Source: Picochlorum sp. SENEW3 (Eukaryota). From it: 64,000 nt of DNA. How positions within the stretch are numbered: the first letter of the stretch is position 1; the number at the start of each line of letters is the position of its first letter. Shown here piece after piece: positions 42,447 to 53,069 of the stretch. A model generated the notes under the pieces. That model was not told the DNA's origin. It ran no database searches and saw only the letters and a program-made list of their open reading frames with translations. Location: the NCBI GenBank assembly GCA_034226945.1, contig CP120459.1, forward strand, positions 744,001-808,000, given 5' to 3'. The position numbers and the translations under genes are program-made.

Positions 42447-45400
42447 TTAGACATCAACATCCGAGTCACTCTCCGAGAAATATGGAAAGTCGTCAAATTC
42501 GTCATCCACGTCCTCATCGTCTTCATCCTCTTCCTCACTGCCTGCCGGCTGGAATCCTTCGAATCCGTACTGATACCCATCTTCTACCTTCAGGTAAGGG
42601 TCTCCAAAGTAGTTTTGAGTTGGGTTTGGTGCATCTGGTGCGTCTAGAACGCCTCCCATCGATGCAGAGAATTCATCTGCAGAGTACATGGATGCTTGCT
42701 CGCCCGCATCTCCATCAAAGGCATCTTCTCCTCTGCTCATTGCTTCCTTTAGCAATTCCCTCATAACCTCAACGTGTGACATAGGAGGAGATTGTTGTGC
42801 TGCTTGACGCATCAAAAGGCCATTTGGACTAATATCAGGATGAATGTCAACTTCCGTGATGACTATTTCACTAGTTTCTGCGTTGATGAGAAGAGAAATC
42901 TCTGCAGCGCCACTAAGGCCCAATCTATCTGATACGAGCTGCAGTCTCAGCATTGTATCACTCGTCATCTCTTCAGATAAAATAGATGGCGGAGGTGGGG
43001 TCAAGTCAAAGAAAGGCCCGGCCAGCTCGTCATCTGTGACTTGGACAACACTCGTGCTCAATCCAAGGCAACGCATTGTTCCTGCTCCACCAAGAAGACA
43101 CCCTTTGGCCTCGAGCCAATTATCTTGTGTTGGCCAGCAAATTGGACCATATAATTTGTCCTGGATTGTTGTTTGATCGTGAGAGCCACCTCGTAAAATT
43201 TGTACAGGCTCTGCCTCAAGGAAAGGCTCTATGACAAACTGCGTTGGTGGGGGAAGTGGCATACGAATGTCTACCGCCTCAGCAGTTGTATCATCAGCAT
43301 CGATTGTTTCCATCCAATTTTGTACAGCATGGTAGTACAGCATCAGATCTTTTCCACTCTTCATTCTCAACATTCCTAGTCCATAGTCAGTTGCAGGACG
43401 AATGACCATCATCTTGTCATCCCATGCACCGAATAACCTGTTGAAGAATTCGTTCGCAGAGTCTTCAGTCTGACAAGTTGCCCTGAGTTCTAAGGCTGAA
43501 ATCGAATGGGCTGGAGGAGCCGAGATAATTGATCCATCATAGTTGACTGCATCTGTCAAGGAGCGGAGTAGCTCTGGGCGGTCCAGACAGAGTCCAGCAG
43601 CTACATTAGACGGGCCAGTGTATGGTACGCCAACTTCATCCATCAATTCTTGGATAGGTCCATATGCTGAGGGATGGCCAGGCAAGACCATGAGAATCAC
43701 GGCACATTTCTCGGAGGCTGCTACGACCCAATCCTTGAGGGACAAATACCGAGGAACTCCTGGATTCCCTTCAACTGCGAGAGAACCACCCCATGGAGCT
43801 CTATATCCTTCAATAGAGATTTCAGTATCCTGAAAAGAGGATTTCGTGGCATCAAGGATTTGCTCTATTTTGTGAAGATCATCTCCAGGCTTTCTTGAAA
43901 CCGTGGTGAGTCTAGAAGAGTCGGCTATACGATCAATGGAGCAGCGCATGTCTTCCACGGAATCCCTCACAATATTGGACCCGGCCAATCTCCATACACC
44001 TCTTCCATTCAGATCTTGTGGGGGCAATGGATCAGGGTGCTTGATGCGAGCTGGGTGAAGATAGGGCATCTCAGCAAATAGGAAATCGTCAGTTGCACCA
44101 CTCTTAAGCACATCTTCTCTGAGAGAGACAAGCTTTTTTAATCGCTCGTCATTTCTCAGGCCTGCATTTGGTGGATCAAGCATGAAAGCTTCCAAGAGCA
44201 AATCTGGTGCACCTTGCAGTGCCCTCATTGCTGCAGCAGCTGTGTTCAAGGATTCCTTTCTCTGGTGCCCTTCACCCCCACAGAGAATCCAGACCCTTTG
44301 ACGACATGGATGGAGACCAGGGAATTGTTGCGACAAGATACTAGACATATCTGAGAATGTCTCCTGATCAGAACTCATTTCATCCTTCTCATTCAGAGTC
44401 GCGACGGTTTGTTCCAATGCAGCCTCAATCTCATCCTCTCTAGGAGCACTGGTTGCATCATCATCTACTATTGTCTCAGGCTCGTCCAGGTGTGCAAATA
44501 TTGGCTCTTTGTCCCATATTTCGACGATGTCCTTAATCGCCTCGAAAGATATTTCCTCATCTGAATCGCTGAGTTCTGTGCAAGAGATGCCAACCCAATC
44601 CTCATCAGCATCCTTGACCTCATCCTGAGATATAAGCTGCCCTTCCAGTTCTGGAAGATCGAGGCGTCCTGCAACCATGGATACAAGCTGTCTTGGAAGC
44701 CAGTTCCAAGAAAGTCCAGAAGCAAACAGCTGCTGAGCTAGTGTACCCAATTTACTTTCAAACGATGGGATCAGACCAATATCCCCAATGACTACTCTGT
44801 ATGATGTTCCATCATCACTGAGAAACGTGTTGACCTTGTCCACATCTAAAGATTCTGCATCATTAAGTCCAGAGTACTTGCCTTGAGGGGGCTCTGGTAG
44901 AATAGGACGAGCTTTGCTTTGCACCATCTCTTTCTGTATATCTACTCGTGTCCTGTCATCAATTGGCACGCCAAAAACTTCACCATATCTGACCTTTGGT
45001 TCAGCTTTATAAAAATCAACCACAGTCATGGACCCTAGATCTTTGTCAACAAGGTTTCGTTCAGCTGTGGCTCGCTCTTTTAATGCATCTTGCTCCTTTT
45101 GTAATAGCGAGGCCATCGACTCGACCTTGAGGCTGGAGTAATTCTCATCATCAATTTCTGCAACAACCTTTTCGCCCGACTCAAAAGCTACCAGGGCATT
45201 TTTATCATTTTCCATTTCAGTTAGATCAATTTCAGGGCAAACGATAAGCGTTATTCTTGCAAAATCCTTGAGACCCATATCTTTGAAAATACGCACGGCT
45301 GAGAGCCTTGCATGGTTTGACAACTCTACCGGAATGGACCTTGGTGGTGTATGGTGGCGAATCTTCCTACTATCAGATAAATCACCATCTTGACTTTCAG

Positions 45401-47864
45401 CATGAGGTGGCACTAGTATATCCTCTGTTTTAAAGCTGATGACTCTTTCCAGCATGCCCACATCATACTCACCATTCTGATACACAACCTTGGACACTTC
45501 AATATCTGAAATGCTGATGCAATCATTGATATCAAAATAATCTATCTCTGTTGGTACAAGAGCTACAGGACCTTCTTTTGTATCCACAACATGCACCTGG
45601 AGATGGACGGCGTCCTTATAAATTGGCTCAATCCGAATGACTACATCCTTGAACCCATCTGTGTCTGTTTTCAGTGCATCAATCACTTCTATGCATGCAT
45701 GTAGCCCTCGGCAAACAATTGACAAAAGTTTCTCCTGCCCTTGAATTACCTCAATGCTGAATCTTCCAATGATTGAATCATTGGGGCCCTCATGGATCCA
45801 TTTGGCGAGGAGATCTTCAGCTTCAGATGCATGATCATGTTCCAGCTCTAAAACTGGCATTGATTGGTAGCCTTTGGACATTGTCTTCTCTAGGAGATCT
45901 ATTCTACCAGCTTTCTTCGAGACAAACTCTGGATTGAAAGCATTTAGTGCACTATGTTGTGCAAGAGAAGGATTCGACGCAGAGGGTGTTCCTAATGGAA
46001 GAAGAATCCTGCTGCTTCCTGCAATTTCACTCATTGCCTGCATACTTCTATTTCTCTGGCCAGGCAATAGTGCATCAAGCGCAGCTGCATCATATCCATA
46101 TAGTTCCTCCCATGATAATGCAGTGTATCCACAAGCTGCATCATCATTGGATCCAGTTCTAATTGGATAGAGCACCGTTACACTCACTCCTTGCCTCAAA
46201 AGTGTAGCTGCATGGTATGGCTCACTTCGAGGTCCCTCTCCCATTTTATTCACGACCGCAATGGTAAATTCATATGCTGTACCGGGCTTTAATCCCTTGA
46301 CAACAATATCTTGCGACAAGCCTGTAGCAACAACCTCTTCTCCAGCTTCCTCTGCTGGCTTTGCATACACCTTGAACAAGGTTCCCAGTGGTGCCATCGG
46401 AGCTGAGACTGTTGCAACAACGCCATTCACAGCAGGGGTCAGATACAATATCTCAATCATATCAGTTGGACGCTCTTCGCAATCAAAAGAATCCAAATCC
46501 TCCTCCAAATTCTCCTGACCATCTGAGGAGGTGAAAGGCATTAGTGTCCCCCAAATCTGATCAGATTGCAAGTCTGGCAGAATTTCTCTTGCCGACTGGA
46601 TCGATTTCTCCCTTTCTTCAACCGTCAATCCATCACAAATCAAGGTCACATCCAACGTTGGGTCAATCGTTTGTGTCACTGCATCTTCACCTTCAGGTCC
46701 CTGCTCATCAGATTGGGTACCACTCTCTTCCCATTCTGAATCATTTGGCATCATTGCTGCATGAATCCACTCCTCGACCAGCGCATTTGCAAGCCTCGAA
46801 TCAGAATCTTCTCCAACCGAAAAGCTCGCAAGTCCACGTGCAGCTAGCGCTTCATACGTTTCCTCATCATCCAACTTGGACACAGCAGCCTCAGCATACT
46901 TGACCAACCTTCCCAATCCCGCATGAGCATCTATCACATCTCTTCTCAATACATTTGTCAGCCGCTCCACAAGAACCTCAGAAGTCCCATACACTGGCAA
47001 ATTCCTTGCCAGCAACGCAGCTCGAAGATATGGCAAATCCATCTCACTCACAGATGCCATTGTTTTCTGTGCCTCCCGCAAATCAGCAGCCATTGCTCTA
47101 TTAGGGGGCCTTGGTGGCACATCAATCGTTGCCTCCTCCAATTCTCTACGAGCTGCCTCTTCCGCCTTATCAGCGAGTATCTTTCTCTCCCTTTGGGCAT
47201 CATATTCCACCAAACGAGCCAACAGTTCTGCCTTGTTGCCCTTGGTAGGAAGATTCCTCTTCTGACACAACTGAATCAGTCGCTTTGTATTCAACTTATC
47301 ATATGCTGATGTCGTTGGAACAACATCCTGAGATATGGCTCCATCTACCACAAGCATGGCAAATGCCAAACCAATAGCATCATCCTTATCATCAGGCATC
47401 ACCACCTCCCTCTGCTTATAAAACTTTGCAAGTTCTCCCTCACTCATCGCTGTCGGCAGTTTCACCCTCCTTCCATACGATCGTTTATCCCAAACTGGCT
47501 TCCCTAACATTTCTCTCACCTTCCGTATCAACTTTGCCCTCAAATTATACTTCATATCCTTACCTCCCAGTCCATTTAGTTTGCACATAGACTTGAGATC
47601 ATGATACTCGACATCATTCTCACACAACCGCATATGAAAGTCATGCAATTGATCCATCGTCATATCCTCTAATATGAAGATCCTTCTACCATCATCAACA
47701 CTTCCTCCAGACATGCCACCTTCTCCCCCTAAAGCAGCAGCACTGCCAACATGCACCCTTGCACCAGGGCGACCCTTGGTACCAGGCAATGACGCCCCAA
47801 CTCCCCTTCCACATAACCTCACCATGTGCGATCGTGACCCGAGAGACCTGCAGACAAACGACAT
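42447..47864 (-). CDS. Large SAP-domain + FN3 protein with degenerate tandem D-Ala-D-Ala ligase (ATP-grasp) domains and putative plastid transit peptide
   Basis: SAP repeats (LIQLCQKRNLPTKGNKAELLARL; LRAALLARNLPVYGTSEVLVERL) and FN3 (GLKPGTAYEFTIAVVN..GEG). DDL-like segments: VTLICDG..EREKSIQSAR, VWILCGG..RKESLNT and IQELMDEVGVPYTGP. Confidence 0.8.
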   Translation of the reverse strand: MSFVCRSLGSRSHMVRLCGRGVGASLPGTKGRPGARVHVGSAAALGGEGGMSGGSVDDGRRIFILEDMTMDQLHDFHMRLCENDVEYHDLKSMCKLNGLGGKDMKYNLRAKLIRKVREMLGKPVWDKRSYGRRVKLPTAMSEGELAKFYKQREVVMPDDKDDAIGLAFAMLVVDGAISQDVVPTTSAYDKLNTKRLIQLCQKRNLPTKGNKAELLARLVEYDAQRERKILADKAEEAARRELEEATIDVPPRPPNRAMAADLREAQKTMASVSEMDLPYLRAALLARNLPVYGTSEVLVERLTNVLRRDVIDAHAGLGRLVKYAEAAVSKLDDEETYEALAARGLASFSVGEDSDSRLANALVEEWIHAAMMPNDSEWEESGTQSDEQGPEGEDAVTQTIDPTLDVTLICDGLTVEEREKSIQSAREILPDLQSDQIWGTLMPFTSSDGQENLEEDLDSFDCEERPTDMIEILYLTPAVNGVVATVSAPMAPLGTLFKVYAKPAEEAGEEVVATGLSQDIVVKGLKPGTAYEFTIAVVNKMGEGPRSEPYHAATLLRQGVSVTVLYPIRTGSNDDAACGYTALSWEELYGYDAAALDALLPGQRNRSMQAMSEIAGSSRILLPLGTPSASNPSLAQHSALNAFNPEFVSKKAGRIDLLEKTMSKGYQSMPVLELEHDHASEAEDLLAKWIHEGPNDSIIGRFSIEVIQGQEKLLSIVCRGLHACIEVIDALKTDTDGFKDVVIRIEPIYKDAVHLQVHVVDTKEGPVALVPTEIDYFDINDCISISDIEVSKVVYQNGEYDVGMLERVISFKTEDILVPPHAESQDGDLSDSRKIRHHTPPRSIPVELSNHARLSAVRIFKDMGLKDFARITLIVCPEIDLTEMENDKNALVAFESGEKVVAEIDDENYSSLKVESMASLLQKEQDALKERATAERNLVDKDLGSMTVVDFYKAEPKVRYGEVFGVPIDDRTRVDIQKEMVQSKARPILPEPPQGKYSGLNDAESLDVDKVNTFLSDDGTSYRVVIGDIGLIPSFESKLGTLAQQLFASGLSWNWLPRQLVSMVAGRLDLPELEGQLISQDEVKDADEDWVGISCTELSDSDEEISFEAIKDIVEIWDKEPIFAHLDEPETIVDDDATSAPREDEIEAALEQTVATLNEKDEMSSDQETFSDMSSILSQQFPGLHPCRQRVWILCGGEGHQRKESLNTAAAAMRALQGAPDLLLEAFMLDPPNAGLRNDERLKKLVSLREDVLKSGATDDFLFAEMPYLHPARIKHPDPLPPQDLNGRGVWRLAGSNIVRDSVEDMRCSIDRIADSSRLTTVSRKPGDDLHKIEQILDATKSSFQDTEISIEGYRAPWGGSLAVEGNPGVPRYLSLKDWVVAASEKCAVILMVLPGHPSAYGPIQELMDEVGVPYTGPSNVAAGLCLDRPELLRSLTDAVNYDGSIISAPPAHSISALELRATCQTEDSANEFFNRLFGAWDDKMMVIRPATDYGLGMLRMKSGKDLMLYYHAVQNWMETIDADDTTAEAVDIRMPLPPPTQFVIEPFLEAEPVQILRGGSHDQTTIQDKLYGPICWPTQDNWLEAKGCLLGGAGTMRCLGLSTSVVQVTDDELAGPFFDLTPPPPSILSEEMTSDTMLRLQLVSDRLGLSGAAEISLLINAETSEIVITEVDIHPDISPNGLLMRQAAQQSPPMSHVEVMRELLKEAMSRGEDAFDGDAGEQASMYSADEFSASMGGVLDAPDAPNPTQNYFGDPYLKVEDGYQYGFEGFQPAGSEEEDEDDEDVDDEFDDFPYFSESDSDVDV

Positions 47865-48597
47865 GATGATACAGTGGTGCCTTGTCCCCCATACACACAG
47901 CACAACGAGACAGTCCAAATAGCCCAAGCAACTCACCTGTACCGATATCCACTCGTCAAACGACGTAATGTCATAGAAGACATCAGAGAATGAACACCGA
48001 TGCGTCCATTGCTACCCAAGGCACTCGTACGCCAAGGCACCACTGTTGGCGCAGCATGACCACCACGCAGCAACAACATCCTCTAAATCACCCGTTTCTA
48101 CCACCAGATCTCTACTAAATACGTCAATAATCGGTTTCAGTTATCAAAAATACGAAAATATCTATATATCCAGAGTAAGACCGTCGTTGAATGCAGCTCT
48201 CATAGTCATGCAATACAATACAGTCGATTTTCGATATTATCAGATGACAGGAGCACTATAATGAAAGACGAATGATTCACAGTTGAAATTTGGTATCCAT
48301 GACTGCCCATAGGTTCAGATAGCAATCCTCCGATTGAGTGGAGGTTTTATATGAAATGTTCTAAGTAAGAAACTTTAGGTGTTTCCAGATCCTTTTGGAA
48401 ATCATCATCATCAAGCATGAAAATTCTCCAATCAATGAATTATATAGTATTAGCAACTGTAACTATTCTACTCTATACTTGGAAAATCAGGCCATTGTGA
48501 GGGCAGACCGAGAGTAGAGGTTTTTCAAGAAGAGAGCAAGAATCTTCGATACTCTGTAGGTCCTATACGGGCGTAGAATATTTACTATATTGATAGG

Positions 48598-49026
48598 ATG
48601 TCGAAAAAAGCGTTAGCAGCAAAGATTCGACTAGTTATCGAGGCTGGACAGGCCAAGCCTGCTCCACCTGTGGGTCCAGCTCTGGGTCAAGCTGGTCTCA
48701 AAATTATGGATTTTTGCAAAGATTTTAATGCAAAAACGGCTGATATGAAGCCTGATGTGCCCGTGTCAGTATTAATTAACGCATATGAGGACAAGACGTT
48801 TGATTATGTTATGAAAACACCGCCAGCAACATATTTTATTAAAAAGGCTGCTGGGATATCAAGTGGGGCTCAAAAGCCCGGTCATCAAGTAGCGGGAAAG
48901 ATATCAATCAAGCATTTATATGCTATTGCGGAGGTGAAGCAAAAGGATACACCTCATATTGGGATGGAGTCCATGGTGAAGAATTTAATGGGGACATGCA
49001 AGTCTATGGGGGTGCAGGTTGTGTGA
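48598..49026 (+). CDS. Ribosomal protein uL11, probably mitochondrial
   Basis: AGQAKPAPPVGPALGQAG..FCKDFNAKT..KTPP..KKAAG. TGTAA follows downstream. Confidence 0.95.
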   Translation: MSKKALAAKIRLVIEAGQAKPAPPVGPALGQAGLKIMDFCKDFNAKTADMKPDVPVSVLINAYEDKTFDYVMKTPPATYFIKKAAGISSGAQKPGHQVAGKISIKHLYAIAEVKQKDTPHIGMESMVKNLMGTCKSMGVQVV

Positions 49027-49079
49027 TGAATGATAATTAAATATGTAATGTAATACTGCTATTGTCATTGTTATTATTA

Positions 49080-50369
49080 TTATGAAGGCATGTGCTGCTG
49101 TGGTGCTTTCCATCGCCATATTTTGACCTTGCCAAATTCATCCCCAGAAATCATGAGGTTTCCTTGAGGGAATCCTGCCAGGGCGCGTGCATTCTGAACA
49201 TGACTGAGGGACCCTCTGTCCACGAATGTCGGGAGTTCAAAGAGTCTGATTGTATTTTCTGAATTATAGGAAACCATCAACACTGCTTTCCCTTCCAAAT
49301 CAGCGACACCACACAGGCATAGAACACCATTCAACTGCGGGCCTCTGCTTGAATATGATCTGCCACGTCCTCTTCCCTGCTGCTGTGATTCTTCTTGTTC
49401 TGGATATACATAGATAGAGGAGGGATTCACCACATTGCCTGTTGCAGGATCTGCAGGCTCCCAAATCTTAATCTCTCCATCTAAACTTCCACTCATCAGA
49501 TGTCCTTCCCAAATTAACAAGGACATGATGGCTGGGTGCTGAGACTTCCGATGCGCTTTTATCAATGTTTGTTTGACAACACCTGCTTCCAAATCCCACA
49601 CTTTAATGGTTCCTGCAGTATCCCCGGAAAACAGAAAGGGACCCGAGGTGCACATGCATGATACTGATGCGCGATGCCCATCTTGCCCAGCAGCCTCAAG
49701 CACAGCTGCGCATTCAAATGCTCCCGATGCAGGATTCATCTTCCACACGCGAATACTTTTATCTTGACCGCCACTAAACAGCATGCCATTCGCCGCCGCC
49801 AAGGCAGACACCTGCCCAACATGCCCATCTAGAATAATATCTTGCATGGTACTCATATTCCAAATTCTAATCTGCCCTTGCCCTCGAACAGTTTTCAAAC
49901 CAACAAACAAAAAGCCTCCTTCTATTAATATACTGTCCACTTCTCCACCCACTTGCACAGTACTCTGACACTCTCCACTCTGACAATTCCACACCCTCAC
50001 AGTCTGGTCATGACTTCCTGTAAACAACTGTCCGCTCCCCGGATCCAAGCACATACACGTCACCTTTTTCCGATGTCCTTTCAAGTCAGATACAAATTCA
50101 ACATCCTGTGGAAGCACATGAGACCTATTCCCAGAAGTATATCCACCTCTCCCCCGCCTCCCTCGTCCACCCCAATATCCACCCCCTCGCCCGCCAGATG
50201 CATTTTGCTGATAATAATTTGGATTAAATTGATTCCCACTATATCCACCCCTATTTGATGACGAATACCCTCCACCTCGCCCTCTGTTGGACGAGTAATA
50301 TCCACCTCCACCTCTGTTCGACGTTGAATACCCTCGTCCTCGACCTTCTCCGGTATCCATATGCACCAT
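49080..50369 (-). CDS. WD40-repeat protein with an RGG-rich N-terminus (ZFWD-like)
   Basis: Multiple GH..LFSG..D..I.VW repeats, with RGG/YGG repeats at the N-terminus. Confidence 0.9.
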   Translation of the reverse strand: MVHMDTGEGRGRGYSTSNRGGGGYYSSNRGRGGGYSSSNRGGYSGNQFNPNYYQQNASGGRGGGYWGGRGRRGRGGYTSGNRSHVLPQDVEFVSDLKGHRKKVTCMCLDPGSGQLFTGSHDQTVRVWNCQSGECQSTVQVGGEVDSILIEGGFLFVGLKTVRGQGQIRIWNMSTMQDIILDGHVGQVSALAAANGMLFSGGQDKSIRVWKMNPASGAFECAAVLEAAGQDGHRASVSCMCTSGPFLFSGDTAGTIKVWDLEAGVVKQTLIKAHRKSQHPAIMSLLIWEGHLMSGSLDGEIKIWEPADPATGNVVNPSSIYVYPEQEESQQQGRGRGRSYSSRGPQLNGVLCLCGVADLEGKAVLMVSYNSENTIRLFELPTFVDRGSLSHVQNARALAGFPQGNLMISGDEFGKVKIWRWKAPQQHMPS

Positions 50370-51138
50370 TGTGTTGATATAAATACTATGTCACTGTAGA
50401 AATACCTATTGCGCAATGTGTCGTTGTCTAATAGGTCGTATGCAGCGAAATTCCATGAACTCGATTAGAAATGACTGCGACGATCATCGGCGTGTATCAC
50501 AGAGGACACATAACAAGCTCTATGAATTAGTAAAATATGGTTCAATTATGCAATCAAATTGGAGAGTATGAATGAATGGGAGCAGATACTCCGTATTTTA
50601 GAATTTCATTGCGATGGGTATCCACACAATGGGATCGCATGCATTTGATAAAGGCGTTTTGAATACGATTTCTACAACATAAAGGGTAAAAGAATTTCAA
50701 ATTGTTGCCACTGTGCGCTTCTTTTGTGGTTCGAGAGGACTCTCATTCCATTGGCGTGGGTCAAGCACATGCACAAGCGTTTCTGCCTTATTGGAGAGTT
50801 TTACCCATTAAATAGTACATTTGGTTGGAATAATAATTTTCAGTATTATGTGTGGTATGTATTTGTGTTGGAATTGGAGTCGTAGGTGTCGGAGTCACGT
50901 TGAGCAGCTTTTTGAGTTGAGCGAGCTCTGATGGGTGTATATGGCGTTGATTGTGAATATTGTCCATGTGTAGTGGATGCGTGTTTGTTTGCTGAGTTGC
51001 TGTGAGTGCATGGTGCATCCAAGAATAGGAGGACACGAAGGGCTTTGTTTGTGTGGTGAAGAATTGAGCGCGAAAGTACAACGATACGGCTAGAAGTGAC
51101 GAATTGACATTGTATAAAAGAGAATAGTGTGTGTTGAG

Positions 51139-53049
51139 ATGGATGCGGTCGCCTTGGGAGGTCCTTGCTCCGCTCGGGTGCACAGGGTGCCACTGGTGCA
51201 GCGAGTGAGAGTGCAGAATGCCGTGGTCTGCCGTCCAGGCATGCGACGAGGGTTACCAAGGATGCCTTTGGTGCAGTGTAATAGTTCACCGGAGCGACAT
51301 GAGAAGGAGAGGCAGATGATTCCAGAGCCACAGGCTCATGGGTTTGGAGAGGCTGTTGAACACCAGGTGAAAAAATTGGACGGTTTGTGGGGGCAGTTGG
51401 TGCCGATGACGTTTTTATTCTTTATGATGGCGTTTGTCAATACAATAATTGATAGTTTGAAGGATTCTTTAGTGATCACAGCAGTAGGAGGAGGGACAGA
51501 GGTGCTACCATATTTGTCCTTGTATGGTGTTTTGCCCAGCTCTGTGCTGTTTTTAGTTGTGTATTCGTGGGCTACTCGGAAAATGTCCCGCGAAAAGATT
51601 TTCAATGTGACCATGGGTGGATTTTTAATGTTTTATGCGTCGTTTGCTTTGGTCTATCCTCACCATGAAGCTCTACATGTATCATCACTTGCGGATTCTT
51701 TGCAGCAGGTGCTTCCAGCAGGGTTTTCTGGTCTTGTTGGAATGGTTAGGAATTGGCTTTTCACAGCATTTTACTGTGTTTCAGAGCTATGGGGAGATGT
51801 CGTGCTGAGCTTGTTGTTTTGGGGACTGGCGAATGAGACAACGTCCATTGAGGATGCACCTTTGTTGTATCCCCTGTTTGGTATCGGTGCAAACATTGCT
51901 CAAACCTGTGCTGGGCGATCCTTGCGTTTGATATCTCAAGTGAGCGATTCAGTTCTAACGTATACACAGCAGGTTCAGCTGTCTGTTACTGTGTGCGTCC
52001 TCATTGGTGTTGTCATTGCTGCAACGCATACCATGATTACGAGGACATTTGTGAAGAATCCCAGAGGCTCAGCTGCTGATAGACTGCGTCATTCCAAAAT
52101 AGGGCATAGTAGCAATGGAAGTGTGCAACATAATGCAGATGTTGTGATAGATAATGAATCCAGCGTGCCAGGATTGAATTACTGCAATATTCAGGATCGG
52201 TCTGAGACCGAGGCAGTAGGTGAGCCATCCACGAGTGCCGAGGTGCAAGAGGCGAAGAAGGAAGCGATGGGCCTGAAAGAGGCTTGGTTGTTCCTCGTTA
52301 AATCACCCCAGATTAGGTGTCTAGCAATTATGGCGCTTGCTCAGGGTCTGACAAATCGCATTTTAGAAGTCTCGTGGAAGCACTATTTGCATGTTTTGCA
52401 CCCCAGTCCTGTAGCATACGCAGCATTCTTGGGTGACACGGCGATGTGGACAGGTGCCGCAACAGGATTGCTGATGATCTTATCTCCACTTCTATTTGAT
52501 CTTATGGGCTGGAGGGGTGTTGCGTCGGCTACGCCGAATATCATGCTGTTGGGAGGCATACCATTTTTCTGTTGTTGCATTATTTTTTCCTTCTTCTCAT
52601 CAACCGCGCTGGGATCTGGTCTAATATCATTACGAGGTTTGGTTCTCACAGGAGCATTGTTGCAAGTCTTCTCTCGTGGATCAAAGTTCAGTCTTTTCAA
52701 ACCAGCTGAAGAAATGGTGTATATTGGACTGGATGATGAAAGTAGAACAAAGGGCAAGGCTGCTATTGACGTTGTTGGTGCCCAGTCTGGGAAATCTGTT
52801 GGATCAGTTTTACAACAAATGATGCTCATTATTACTGGAGGTTCTGTTTCCGGAATCATTCCTGTGTTAGCGATATTCTATGTCACCATGTTGTACCAAT
52901 GGAAGGCGTCAGTGAATGACTTGGCAGAGCATGCAGATCCCAGCCATGTACACAGGGCATCTGTCATGGCTTCCCTAGATGACGAGGACGGCGATTCCTC
53001 ATTGCCTGTAGATAACATTTCAAAACTTACATCTGGTGCAAATGCATAG
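51139..53049 (+). CDS. ATP/ADP nucleotide transporter (TLC/NTT family), probably plastid
   Basis: LKDSLV, SELWG..LFWGLANE and KFSLFKPAEEMVYI..RTKGKAAIDV motifs; transit-peptide-like N-terminus. Confidence 0.93.
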   Translation: MDAVALGGPCSARVHRVPLVQRVRVQNAVVCRPGMRRGLPRMPLVQCNSSPERHEKERQMIPEPQAHGFGEAVEHQVKKLDGLWGQLVPMTFLFFMMAFVNTIIDSLKDSLVITAVGGGTEVLPYLSLYGVLPSSVLFLVVYSWATRKMSREKIFNVTMGGFLMFYASFALVYPHHEALHVSSLADSLQQVLPAGFSGLVGMVRNWLFTAFYCVSELWGDVVLSLLFWGLANETTSIEDAPLLYPLFGIGANIAQTCAGRSLRLISQVSDSVLTYTQQVQLSVTVCVLIGVVIAATHTMITRTFVKNPRGSAADRLRHSKIGHSSNGSVQHNADVVIDNESSVPGLNYCNIQDRSETEAVGEPSTSAEVQEAKKEAMGLKEAWLFLVKSPQIRCLAIMALAQGLTNRILEVSWKHYLHVLHPSPVAYAAFLGDTAMWTGAATGLLMILSPLLFDLMGWRGVASATPNIMLLGGIPFFCCCIIFSFFSSTALGSGLISLRGLVLTGALLQVFSRGSKFSLFKPAEEMVYIGLDDESRTKGKAAIDVVGAQSGKSVGSVLQQMMLIITGGSVSGIIPVLAIFYVTMLYQWKASVNDLAEHADPSHVHRASVMASLDDEDGDSSLPVDNISKLTSGANA

Positions 53050-53069
53050 GTGGAAAAGAATCATGTAAA

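Noticed and set aside
48310..48415. Minus-strand TGATGA...CTGA pair resembling a C/D snoRNA
   Set aside because: The box C lies in a (TGA)n microsatellite, with no terminal stem or recognisable guide.
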